Source: a virus
Lineage: Duplodnaviria > Caudoviricetes
Length of the DNA stretch: 50,100 nucleotides
Direction: 5' to 3' (one strand)
IMG/VR virus record: IMGVR_UViG_3300036832_001188
Location: 1-50,100 of that record
Shown in pieces: positions 7,300-16,788 of this stretch. Numbering within the stretch: position 1 is the stretch's first letter; every line of letters starts with the position of its first letter. The position numbers and the translations under genes were made by a program. The notes under the pieces are model-generated. The model made no database searches. It had not been told where the DNA came from and saw only the letters and a list, made by a program, of their open reading frames with translations.

Positions 7300-7473
7300 A
7301 TGACCGACTACACGATTCCCTGCGAAACGGGCGTGATGGCGCATCGCGGTATTGGTATAGGAGGCGCTAGAAATGAGCAGCCGAGTCCTCCGCAACCTCC
7401 AGCAGATGTTCCGCAACCTCCGCCAAGCGAGCCGCCAAGTCAGCCAACTGAGCCGGATACTGAGAAGGAGTAA
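7300..7473 (+). CDS. Pro-rich small hypothetical protein (57 aa)
   Basis: GAGGA SD; MTDYTIPCETG...QPSPPQPPADVPQPPPSEPP...EKE*. Confidence 0.5.
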   Translation: MTDYTIPCETGVMAHRGIGIGGARNEQPSPPQPPADVPQPPPSEPPSQPTEPDTEKE

Positions 7474-7480
7474 GAGAGTC

Positions 7481-7924
7481 GTGGCAACATTTTTCAAGTT
7501 CAACAATGTGGCGGCGCTCCCCTGGAATGGGGGATGTAACCTTCAAGTAGGGCAGGATGCCTTGAAGGTGATGCTCACCAATACAGCGCCAGCCGCTAGC
7601 AACGCGGCCTACGCGGACGTGTCGGGCGGTGAGCTGCCCACCGGAGGTGGCTATACCGTCGGCGGCGCTACCGTTACCACCACCGCGAGTGGCCAAACGG
7701 CGGGCCTTTGGGTCTTTAAAGGTACCGCTGCGTCGCCGACGTGGTCCGCTACCGCCTCGCTACCCGCCTTCCGCTACGTCATCCTCTACGACACCACTCC
7801 TACAACCCCCACCAACAAGCCCCTGTTAGGTTGGTGGGACTACGGGAGCGTGGTGAACATGAACAGCGGAGATACCTTCACTGTTCAGTTCGATAGCGTT
7901 AATGGCATATTGCAGATGAGCTAG
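7481..7924 (+). CDS. putative tail/fibre-associated virion protein
   Basis: GTG start after AAGGAG; LKVMLTN...GGYTVGG...FRYVILYD...LLGWWDYG pattern typical of small phage tail proteins. Confidence 0.7.
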   Translation: MATFFKFNNVAALPWNGGCNLQVGQDALKVMLTNTAPAASNAAYADVSGGELPTGGGYTVGGATVTTTASGQTAGLWVFKGTAASPTWSATASLPAFRYVILYDTTPTTPTNKPLLGWWDYGSVVNMNSGDTFTVQFDSVNGILQMS

Positions 7925-7928
7925 ACCC

Positions 7929-10900
7929 GTGCCGCTCGGGATTAGGATAGCGTTCCCGGGAACCAGCGGGACCGCCCGAACACTCTCGGCGCTGGGCGCG
8001 ACCTACCACACGGTGGGCGGCAGCACCACCCTCACAAAGACGGGGGCGGGCACTATCGCGTATCAGATGACTGCCGCCCGCGGCAGCTACGCACTGTCAG
8101 GCATAGGGACCACCTTTAACCACACTACCAGCACGCCGGCGAGCGCGCCGCAGGCGATGTGGCTCAGCACCGTCACCTCTAACTCTGTTGAGGTGGGCTG
8201 GTGGCCGCCGATCGACGGCAGTGTCCCTGACAGCTACAACGCCTACCGCGCCGATCTGGGGGATGGTAGCCCGATCGCCACCGGGATAGTCCCCCGGGCT
8301 TACGATACGACTGTCCCGAGTGTCGCCTTCCTGTTCAACAATGCCACTGGCCTTTCCTCTTCGACCTCTTACACCTTCTATGTGAGAGGGGTAGTGGGTG
8401 GCGTACCGGGAGCCGCCGGTCCCAATCTAACCGTCACGACATTGGCTGCGACCGGCACCACACCGCCCACCAAGGTGATCGATCCGGCTACCTACATCCC
8501 TATCTACAATCCCCCAACGGGGGGCACAACGTGGACCGCCACCCAGAATAGCGCCGCCGCTAACAGTGGCACCGCCGGTACTGGCACGGGGACCGGCGGC
8601 AGCGTTGGCTGTTCGTTTAAGTGGGCTCTTGATCATGCAGCGCCCGGCGACAAGATTACCTTGACCGCCGGCCTGACCTACACCAGCAACACCGCCAACG
8701 CTGCTTTCATCGTTAACACCGCTAACCTGTGGATTAATAGCAGCATCGAGCCGATCCCCTATTCGTACGTAATCGATGTCAGCTATGTAACGTACACGGC
8801 TACCGGCGCGAACATCGCCGCCGGCGCAACTGGCTGTACCTTGAACGCTCCGTTCCGAGGCCGTTCGGGCTGGTACATGGTCGTCTTTGCCTCGGGCAAT
8901 CCCTCGGGGATTGAATCCCGCTCAGCGCTCTTCGTCACTGATTCCGCCAACGTAGTGTGGAATGTTGGGCTGCAGGCGAACTGCACCACTAAGCTCCTCG
9001 CCAACACTACTTGCAACTGCCCGACACCCTACGATGCGGGGATTCCGATCGGCCCCAGCAACACCGTTATTTCTAGCCCGATCATGCCGACGGTCCAGTT
9101 TACCTCGGCGAACGGCCCGAACGGTGGCTACGGGATATCTATCAACGGCGCTAACACGCGATTAGTGGGGATTTGCGTTCAGCCCGCGCCGGGCTTGTTA
9201 GGGCCCAGCCCTACATTCGATCGCGCCAACACCTACACTTGCATCGTTATCAACGGCTCGGCTGATGGGTCGGTGGTGGACCGCTGCGTGGCGGGGAGAG
9301 ACCTGACTGCCAGCAACCGCTCGTGGTTCTACCGCGCGATAGCGTGCGGCGCTGATAATGCTGTTGTGAGCCAGTGTTACCTGTTCGGGATAGATAGCGG
9401 GCCCGCCGGCACCGACACTCAGGCGATGAATTTAACTGCTGGTGGTCCGCTCTGCATGCAGAACTGCTACATGGAGGCAACGGGCGAGCAACATATCAGC
9501 GGCGGCTTCTTTATTCCTCAGTCGAGCATGCCGCACGATGAAACCATCCGGTTCTGCTGGACCCACAAGCCCACAGTGTGGCAGCAGATCACCACCGTTG
9601 ACCAATACGGCGCTAACGCGAGCATCTCTCGGAAGGTAAAGAACCATCTCGAGCAGAAGTGCATCTATGGGTGGAGTTGGCACGATAACTTGATGCAGAA
9701 CGATGCGTTCCTGTATGCGTCTTTTGGGCAACAGGGCCGGGCGATGCCGATCACGCCGCGCGACCAGATCAGCTCGAGAGCGCCGCGGGTCATAACCACT
9801 CTGCCTTGGTCAAGCGTTAACGGCGGCACGGTCACGTGCACCCTCCAGTACAACCACAACGTCGCCGTCGGCGATAAGTTCTCAACAACCATCTTTGGCT
9901 GCGCTAATACTGTTTATAACGGCACGTTTGTCGTTACAACGATAGCGGCCAACCAGTTCACCTATCTACTGCCGCTGGGATCAGCGCCGGCTCCGCCGGG
10001 CGGCTCTCCGCAATACCTTCTGCCCCCACAGAGTTGTGGGATGTGGCAGAACATCTTCGACGGCGACATCTACAACAATCAGGCGTATGGGGTGCTTAGC
10101 CTCGGCTACATCTCCACCAACATCGACTACAACCAGATTCTGTGTACCGCGCGTGAGCGCTGGCACAACAATCTCTGCTGGTGTAACCCGGCTTTCACGG
10201 ACGATAGGAGTGGTTCAAGCGGGAATAATCGGGGCATTTGGATCACTGGCCGCAACCCAGATACCGAGTTCAGTAATAACACCATAATCATAGCGCCGCC
10301 GAGCTTCGGGTATTCGCTCGGTTTCCCGCGCGGCTTCGAGATCCTCCAGGGTAACGCTACCACCAATATCCTGAACGATCGTTGGATAGTGACTAACAAC
10401 ATAATGGATGCGAACCCGGGTATCATTATCGATACCCCGAGCGGCACGCTACCGCCGCACTTCGGGGCGACCGGCGGCGTAGCGGTCCAGTTCAGCTTCG
10501 AGTCGAATCTGGTCTGGGACAAGAACCTATTTATCAAGGATACGTCGTCGGGTGCGAACGCCTTCCCGGCGACGACCTACAATCCAGTTGACTATAACTT
10601 GGTGGGGTTCAAGAACTTCGTCAGCAACACAACGATGCCGGGCTCGCCGGAAGATTATAACGTCGTAACTGGGACGTATGCGACAGCGGGTACGGATGGC
10701 AGATCGCTCGGCTCCTTCTTCCAGATAATGCGGTATCCGCGGCTGGCAGCGAATCTGATCGGGCTGCTTGATATCGCTTCGCTCGGTTCAAAGTGGAATG
10801 GAATACACATTGGGGTAGTCGCCTTCTACCCCGGCTTTTCCGCTGGTGGCAAGACCGCTGCCCAGCAAATAGCCGCCGTGCGAGCACTTAACCTGAGGGT

Positions 10901-11945
10901 TGTGTTGACCGGCTACACGATAGCGGAAGAAATCACGAACGTTAACGCTAACCCTGGTAATGCTTACAATCCGCTGTGGAACACCATTACCGCTAACAAT
11001 TGGTTCGCTAGGACGACCTATCCCAGCGGCGCAGTGGTGCCCAGCAACTCGGGTGGAGCCGCTGGCACTGAGATCAACACCACGTTGTACTCGAATGTGG
11101 TGAGTGGGCAGAATTACCTTCAGTACCGCGCGAACTTCGATTTGACCTATAACCCACTGGACGTGGGGCAGCTGGACGGCATCTACACGGATGATGTGTT
11201 CTGGAAGCCGAGGGTGGATGCGGACTGGAACCAGAATGGCACCGTCGAGCTGCAGACGGATCCCGTCGTCCAGCAGCGGTATCGGGATGGCTACGTTTCG
11301 CTGATAAGTACGAAGCGGTCAGTGCAGCCGTATGGTCAGCTGCAGTGGGGCAACATCGCTGACTGGGGTGCCAACGGCACCACCACGGCGACGATGATAG
11401 CCGCCACCCAAGGCTATCAGGGCATGTTGGATGGCGGCTTCATGGAAGCCATCATCGGGCAGACTTTTTCGATAGAAACCTACGCTGGCTGGGCTCCGAT
11501 GATGGCGTATTATCAGTTCTGTCATCAGATGGTGCGCCGACCGGAGCAGCTCATATTCTCCCAGGACGGCACTATCACCGACTACCAATCGATGCGCTAC
11601 GGGCTGTGCTCGTGCCTGTTGGGCGACGCCGCGTATGTGCATTCGAACGGTAGTAACTATAACGACATAGTGCTCTACGATGAGTTTGGGTTCAGTCTAG
11701 GAAGGGCGAGAGTACCGGCGTTCCCCGCCAAGTACTACGCGCAAGGGCCGAGCGGCGTCTACCGACGAGACTTCGAGAACGGGATCATCCTGGTGAATCC
11801 GAAGGGCAATGGCTCCCAGACCGTCACCCTCGAGACCACCTACCATAAATTCACCGGTACTCAGGCTCCGGGTATCAACAACGGCGCAGCCGTTACGTCC
11901 GTGACATTGGCGGACCGGGACGGGCTGTTCCTGTCGAGGACATGA
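7929..11945 (+). CDS. large tail fibre/spike: FN3 domain + beta-helix + C-terminal putative glycoside hydrolase (GHL15-like)
   Basis: FN3 signature (VGWWPP...SYNAYR...GLSSSTSYTFYVRG); Asn-rich beta-helix ladder; C-terminal LDGIYTDD and GVYRRDFENGIILVNP motifs. Confidence 0.8.
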   Translation: MPLGIRIAFPGTSGTARTLSALGATYHTVGGSTTLTKTGAGTIAYQMTAARGSYALSGIGTTFNHTTSTPASAPQAMWLSTVTSNSVEVGWWPPIDGSVPDSYNAYRADLGDGSPIATGIVPRAYDTTVPSVAFLFNNATGLSSSTSYTFYVRGVVGGVPGAAGPNLTVTTLAATGTTPPTKVIDPATYIPIYNPPTGGTTWTATQNSAAANSGTAGTGTGTGGSVGCSFKWALDHAAPGDKITLTAGLTYTSNTANAAFIVNTANLWINSSIEPIPYSYVIDVSYVTYTATGANIAAGATGCTLNAPFRGRSGWYMVVFASGNPSGIESRSALFVTDSANVVWNVGLQANCTTKLLANTTCNCPTPYDAGIPIGPSNTVISSPIMPTVQFTSANGPNGGYGISINGANTRLVGICVQPAPGLLGPSPTFDRANTYTCIVINGSADGSVVDRCVAGRDLTASNRSWFYRAIACGADNAVVSQCYLFGIDSGPAGTDTQAMNLTAGGPLCMQNCYMEATGEQHISGGFFIPQSSMPHDETIRFCWTHKPTVWQQITTVDQYGANASISRKVKNHLEQKCIYGWSWHDNLMQNDAFLYASFGQQGRAMPITPRDQISSRAPRVITTLPWSSVNGGTVTCTLQYNHNVAVGDKFSTTIFGCANTVYNGTFVVTTIAANQFTYLLPLGSAPAPPGGSPQYLLPPQSCGMWQNIFDGDIYNNQAYGVLSLGYISTNIDYNQILCTARERWHNNLCWCNPAFTDDRSGSSGNNRGIWITGRNPDTEFSNNTIIIAPPSFGYSLGFPRGFEILQGNATTNILNDRWIVTNNIMDANPGIIIDTPSGTLPPHFGATGGVAVQFSFESNLVWDKNLFIKDTSSGANAFPATTYNPVDYNLVGFKNFVSNTTMPGSPEDYNVVTGTYATAGTDGRSLGSFFQIMRYPRLAANLIGLLDIASLGSKWNGIHIGVVAFYPGFSAGGKTAAQQIAAVRALNLRVVLTGYTIAEEITNVNANPGNAYNPLWNTITANNWFARTTYPSGAVVPSNSGGAAGTEINTTLYSNVVSGQNYLQYRANFDLTYNPLDVGQLDGIYTDDVFWKPRVDADWNQNGTVELQTDPVVQQRYRDGYVSLISTKRSVQPYGQLQWGNIADWGANGTTTATMIAATQGYQGMLDGGFMEAIIGQTFSIETYAGWAPMMAYYQFCHQMVRRPEQLIFSQDGTITDYQSMRYGLCSCLLGDAAYVHSNGSNYNDIVLYDEFGFSLGRARVPAFPAKYYAQGPSGVYRRDFENGIILVNPKGNGSQTVTLETTYHKFTGTQAPGINNGAAVTSVTLADRDGLFLSRT

Positions 11946-11948
11946 TTA

Positions 11949-12785
11949 ATGGCTATCACTGACCTAAATGGTGTGTTGGCTGGGTTCCAGCCGATACAGA
12001 TGTTCGTTAAGAGTGCCACCCCTACGTTAGTTGTGGGGAGGCCGCAGAGCCTATGGGCACTAGGCGGTATACCCGGCGCAGGCAGCTACAACAACACTAC
12101 GCTTGCCGGCGCTAACTATAGCTCTTCGAGCGCGATGGTGCCGGGCCAGATCCCGCATACGGATCCTGCCGGCGGCGTTAATTCGTATCTGGCTCGGTTC
12201 CAGTGTCAGACGCAGGCCGCTGCGCTTAATCAGGGCGGCGTGATAATGCTCTGTGACCGTATCTGGGACAATCAGCTCACGATCAACAACACGACCTCTT
12301 TGACGATCAATACGTCCGCATGGCCCTCTCGAGACAACTCCGGTACAGCGAACGGCGATGGTATCTACGCGGGCATAGAGGTTAGCGTGGCGACCTCATC
12401 GACGGCGGCTGTCTTGACCAACTACACGTACACCAACTCAGCGGGTACGGGGTCGAGGACTGGGAATTTCGTGGACGCGCCCACGGCGGTCTCTGCGACC
12501 GCGGGCCAGTTCTACCGGCTGAGCCTTGCCGGCGGCGACACCGGCATAAAATCGATTCAATCGATTCAGTTCACCACCGCCTGGACTACCGGCACCGTGA
12601 ACATGGTCGCCTACCGGATACTCGCCGTGTTGGAAGACTCACTGTTTACCTCGCCCAATGCGGTGGATCCGGTGACGAGTGGATTCCCCCTGCTCTTCAA
12701 TGGTGTGGTGCCCTTCCTGATCTATATCCCGAACGCCACCGGCGCGCTGTCTACTATCGGCCACTACATGGAATCCCAAGGGTAA
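11949..12785 (+). CDS. putative virion protein, paralog 1 of a tandem triplet
   Basis: MAIT...CDRIWDN...WPSRD...ESQG shared with the next two genes. Confidence 0.75.
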   Translation: MAITDLNGVLAGFQPIQMFVKSATPTLVVGRPQSLWALGGIPGAGSYNNTTLAGANYSSSSAMVPGQIPHTDPAGGVNSYLARFQCQTQAAALNQGGVIMLCDRIWDNQLTINNTTSLTINTSAWPSRDNSGTANGDGIYAGIEVSVATSSTAAVLTNYTYTNSAGTGSRTGNFVDAPTAVSATAGQFYRLSLAGGDTGIKSIQSIQFTTAWTTGTVNMVAYRILAVLEDSLFTSPNAVDPVTSGFPLLFNGVVPFLIYIPNATGALSTIGHYMESQG

Positions 12786-12789
12786 AGAT

Positions 12790-13599
12790 ATGGCGATCAC
12801 GACACTCAACAGCGCGATAGCGGGGCTACAGCAGCCGCAGATAATTTGTAAGGCGGCAACGACTGGAACGCATGTGAACGGTCGGCCCTGGAGTTTGTGG
12901 GGGATTGCGGGGCAGCCGGCGGCCGGCTCCTACAACACCGGCATCAACGGCGGCACCTACACCGCCCCCGTGACTGGACAGATTCCGCACTATGATCCAG
13001 CTAGCGGCAATTCCTATCTGGCTAGGTTTCAGATCGCCCTCTCGCAGAACGTCGGCACTTTTATGCTCTGCGACCGCATCTGGGACAACCAAGTTGCGGT
13101 CAACAACACGACCTCACAGTCGATCTCGACTTCTGTTTGGCCGGCCCGGGATGTAGCGGGCGGCACCAATGGGGATGGGATACTGATAGCGATCGAGACG
13201 AGCGCCGCGACCTCGGCGACGGCGGCGGTGCTCACCAACTATACGTATACGAATCAGTCGGGCACGGGATCGCGGACAGGTAATTTCATCGATGTGCCGA
13301 CGGCGGCGGCGACAACCATCGGGGCGTTCTTCCGGCTGAGCCTGCAGGGCACCGACACGGGCGTGCGGTCTATCCAGAGTATTCAGTTCACCACGGCCTG
13401 GACCACTGGGACCATCAACATGGTGGCTTATCGGGTGCTCGCGATGCTCGACTCGGCGGTGCAGACCTCCAACGCGATAGATGTGATCACTGCGGGGTTC
13501 CCGCAGATCTTCAACGGCACGGTTCCTTTCTTGGTATTCGTTCCCGCGGGCACCACGACCGTATCGGCTTATGGTCACTATATAGAGACGCAAGGGTAA
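12790..13599 (+). CDS. putative virion protein, paralog 2 of a tandem triplet
   Basis: MAIT...CDRIWDN...WPARD...ETQG. Confidence 0.75.
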   Translation: MAITTLNSAIAGLQQPQIICKAATTGTHVNGRPWSLWGIAGQPAAGSYNTGINGGTYTAPVTGQIPHYDPASGNSYLARFQIALSQNVGTFMLCDRIWDNQVAVNNTTSQSISTSVWPARDVAGGTNGDGILIAIETSAATSATAAVLTNYTYTNQSGTGSRTGNFIDVPTAAATTIGAFFRLSLQGTDTGVRSIQSIQFTTAWTTGTINMVAYRVLAMLDSAVQTSNAIDVITAGFPQIFNGTVPFLVFVPAGTTTVSAYGHYIETQG

Positions 13600-13603
13600 C
13601 TAA

Positions 13604-14398
13604 ATGGCCATTACTACACTTGATGGGGTGCTGGCAGGGGCGATACCGCCGAGGTACTTCACGAAGGCGGCTACCGGTGCTGCTCGTTTGCAGTCGTCTT
13701 GGGCGCAGACGGGCCTGCCGGCGGCCGGCGTACCTAGCGGCTCCATAAATGGCGCTACCTACACCGCGCCGATTCAAGGGCAGCTGCCGCATACAGATCC
13801 TGGCAGTGGAAACTCTTACCTATCGCGGGCCACTTTCACCCACCTCTCAGGCACGACTGGCGGCTGGGCGATGCTGTGCGATCGGATCTGGGATAACGGC
13901 GGCATCGATGTCACGATAACGACAGCGCAAACCATCAGCACTTCGGTTTGGCCTGCGAGGGATGCCGTCGGCGGAACGACGGGTGTTGGGGTGCTGCTAG
14001 CGGTGGAGGTTTCAGTGGCGACCGGCGCGGGTACGCCAACGCTGACTGTTAGCTACACCAACTCGGCGGGAACCGCCGGGCGAACTGGATCTAACATAGG
14101 AGCCACCGCGGCTACCCTAGCACTAGGCAACACATTTTTGATTAGTTTGCAGGCCGGGGACTTGGGGGTGCGGTCGGTGCAGTCGATCACCCTCTCGGCG
14201 ACTTGGACGACCGGAACTATCAACCTTGTGGCGTTCCGGCCGCTCGCGGGTCTGCTCCTCGGGGTGAACTCTGGGTCGGTCGATTGCATCACGGGAGGGT
14301 TCGCTCGCCTCTACAACGGAGTGGTGCCGTATTGGCTGTATCAGCTGAATACGGCCTCAAGCTTTGCTACTGGAACATACGTTGAGTCTCAAGGATAA
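13604..14398 (+). CDS. putative virion protein, paralog 3 of a tandem triplet
   Basis: MAIT...CDRIWDN...WPARD...ESQG. Confidence 0.75.
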   Translation: MAITTLDGVLAGAIPPRYFTKAATGAARLQSSWAQTGLPAAGVPSGSINGATYTAPIQGQLPHTDPGSGNSYLSRATFTHLSGTTGGWAMLCDRIWDNGGIDVTITTAQTISTSVWPARDAVGGTTGVGVLLAVEVSVATGAGTPTLTVSYTNSAGTAGRTGSNIGATAATLALGNTFLISLQAGDLGVRSVQSITLSATWTTGTINLVAFRPLAGLLLGVNSGSVDCITGGFARLYNGVVPYWLYQLNTASSFATGTYVESQG

Positions 14399-15334
14399 AT
14401 GGCCTCATTTGGACAAGGGCTGCTCGGTGGTAGTGCGTGGCTTTACCGCGCTCGCACCCAGACGGTCTATCCGAGGGTTGATAGTGGAGAGAGGTCTGCC
14501 GCCGGCTCCACAGTGTGGGTTAGTTGGTGGCTCACTCCATGGCAGACCCCCCAGCAGCAGGTCTTCGATCAAGGGCGGCTCATCCGCTCTACTTGGCTCA
14601 CCAATCCAACCGGCTACCCGAGAAGCTGGCCACTCGTCTCCCGCACGACCGCAAGTCGTGGCGCTGCTGTCTGGAACAAATGGTGGTTCAACACTCCATA
14701 TACAGCGCCGCCGCGCGCTACTGTCTACACGTTTATCGCGGGCGGGGCGATCTATGGCTATGCCGGCGGCGCGGCCCTGCTCGGCGGCCTTATCAACTAT
14801 CAACTGTTGGCGCAGCCCGGCAGCTATAACTTCGCCGGCGCTAGCTCGATGGTTGATGTACAACTGGATGCCGATGCCCTCACCTACACTTTCGCGGGCG
14901 TCGACACGATCAGCCTCAATCCGCTGCCACCGCTTATCGCCGAGGGTGGCTATTACAGCTATGCGGACGGCGGCGGTAGTCAGCTATTCTTTGGTCACTA
15001 TATTCCGGTGCCGCCGGACTGGCAGAGCCGGGTTGTCCTAAGTGCCAAGAAAGCGGGGGAAAGCTTAGTGATACCGATGGACTTTATGGGCCGCTTGGGG
15101 GCTGGTGAGATCATCAAGAATGTTGCGACATCCTGTTCGGTCTATTCGGGAACTGATCCTAATCCCGGGGCGATGTTGGTTGGGGTGCCGGCGATCGGCG
15201 GCTCTATCGTTGAGCAACTGGTCAGGGGCGGAGTTGAGGGAGTGATCTACAAGCTGATGTATACCGTTACGACAGACACGCCGCAGTCGGTGCAGCTGGC
15301 TGGCTACCTAGCTGTCGAGCCGGATCTGCCATGA
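14399..15334 (+). CDS. putative virion protein with C-terminal fibre-tail adaptor-like domain
   Basis: C-terminal KKAGESLVIPMDF...GGVEGVIYKLMYTVTT pattern; coupled to TerL by ATGA. Confidence 0.6.
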   Translation: MASFGQGLLGGSAWLYRARTQTVYPRVDSGERSAAGSTVWVSWWLTPWQTPQQQVFDQGRLIRSTWLTNPTGYPRSWPLVSRTTASRGAAVWNKWWFNTPYTAPPRATVYTFIAGGAIYGYAGGAALLGGLINYQLLAQPGSYNFAGASSMVDVQLDADALTYTFAGVDTISLNPLPPLIAEGGYYSYADGGGSQLFFGHYIPVPPDWQSRVVLSAKKAGESLVIPMDFMGRLGAGEIIKNVATSCSVYSGTDPNPGAMLVGVPAIGGSIVEQLVRGGVEGVIYKLMYTVTTDTPQSVQLAGYLAVEPDLP

Positions 15335-16788
15335 AGCTAACAGCGCAGCTGGTTGAGTCGCTGTCGGGGGTCTATTTGAGCCCCCGGTACGACCAACCGC
15401 GCCCGACGCCTGACTTCCACCGGGAGTGCTGGCGGCGCTACTGCTCGGATGCACTAGCGGCGGCGACCGCCGCTCCGCGAAATCACGCCAAATCTACTGC
15501 GCTGACGCACGATTTTTGCCTCGCAGAAGTGCTGTTCCGCGATGAAAACTACGTGATCATCGTGTCCTCGAGCGAGGAGATGGCGGCTGAGCATTTGGGC
15601 GACATTACCACCGAGTTAACCGAAAATGACGACCTGATCCGCGACTTTAAGATCAAGGAATTCCTCAAGCGGACCGGCACGGACGTGATTGTTGAGTGCA
15701 CCGATGGGTACCAATTCAGGATTCTGGCCCGTGGGGCTGAGCAGAAGATCCGCGGCCGCAAATGGCGCGGCAAACGGCCCGGCTTAATCATCGTGGACGA
15801 TCTCGAAGACGACGAGCAGGTCGAGAATCGCGATCGGCGCAAAAAACTGCGCAAATGGTTCTTTCGGGCCTGCAAGCAGGCGCTCCGCGACTCGGGAAAG
15901 ATCAGGGTGCACGGTACCATCCTCCACAAAGACGCTCTGCTGAATCATTTAATGCACAACGTCGCGTGGTCGTCCCGTTGCTACAAGGCTAGCCGCGGTT
16001 ACAGCGATTTTTCGGGTCTGTTATGGCCCGAGAAGTTCTCCGAGTCGCGTTTGCGCGCGATTAGACAGGAATTCATCGAAGAGGGCGACTCCGCGGGCTA
16101 TTCCCAAGAGTATTTGAACGATCCGCGCGACGATGAGAACGCCTATCTATTACTCGAGCAATTCCTCCCGCTCCGCGAGGAAGATCTCGACCAATATCGC
16201 CTCCTGGCGGTTGGTTGTGACTTCGCGGTGAGCAAAAAAGACGCGGCGAACCGCACCAGCTTCACCATCGGCGGGAAAACCATCGATAACTTCATCGATG
16301 TGATGGATCAGCGGGTTGGCCGCTGGGACTCCAAGGAATGGGTCGATGTCATCTTCGAAATAGAGGAGAGATGGCACCCGGCGCACTGGTTCGTTGAAGA
16401 CGGAGTGATCTGGAAGGCCGTTTATCCAATCATCCGCGATGAGATGCGCGAGCGCAATATATTCCTCGATTTCGTGCCGACTCTACCCGTCAAGGACAAG
16501 GCGACCCGAGGCCAGCCGTTTAGAAAGAGAATGAAGGCCGGCGGTTGCCGCTTTAATAAGCGAACATCGTGGTACGACGAGTATGAGGAAGAGCTGCTCG
16601 ATTTTTCCGCCACTGCGGAAGCGACACTGGATGACCAGTTCGATTCAACGGTTACTCTCGAGCGGGGGTTGGATGATGTCATCCTCGAGGATGGCGATGA
16701 GCGAACCGCCGAGGAGGAAGCCTTCGAGGCTGAGGCGATGATGTTGAAGTCGGGCGGCGACGGCCGCTGCCCAGTTACAGGATATTGA
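15331..16788 (+). CDS. terL: terminase large subunit
   Basis: Walker A APRNHAKST, Walker B IIVDDLEDD, motif C VHGT, nuclease GCDFA and DDQFD. Confidence 0.95.
   Translation: MKLTAQLVESLSGVYLSPRYDQPRPTPDFHRECWRRYCSDALAAATAAPRNHAKSTALTHDFCLAEVLFRDENYVIIVSSSEEMAAEHLGDITTELTENDDLIRDFKIKEFLKRTGTDVIVECTDGYQFRILARGAEQKIRGRKWRGKRPGLIIVDDLEDDEQVENRDRRKKLRKWFFRACKQALRDSGKIRVHGTILHKDALLNHLMHNVAWSSRCYKASRGYSDFSGLLWPEKFSESRLRAIRQEFIEEGDSAGYSQEYLNDPRDDENAYLLLEQFLPLREEDLDQYRLLAVGCDFAVSKKDAANRTSFTIGGKTIDNFIDVMDQRVGRWDSKEWVDVIFEIEERWHPAHWFVEDGVIWKAVYPIIRDEMRERNIFLDFVPTLPVKDKATRGQPFRKRMKAGGCRFNKRTSWYDEYEEELLDFSATAEATLDDQFDSTVTLERGLDDVILEDGDERTAEEEAFEAEAMMLKSGGDGRCPVTGY

Noticed and set aside
7373-7480. N-terminal extension of the 7373-7924 ORF
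   Set aside because: Better explained by a separate Pro-rich ORF (7300-7473) and a GTG start at 7481 with an AAGGAG SD
11949-14398. DGR or shufflon-type variable cassette
   Set aside because: No reverse transcriptase or invertase seen; all copies are full-length, same-strand and diverged throughout
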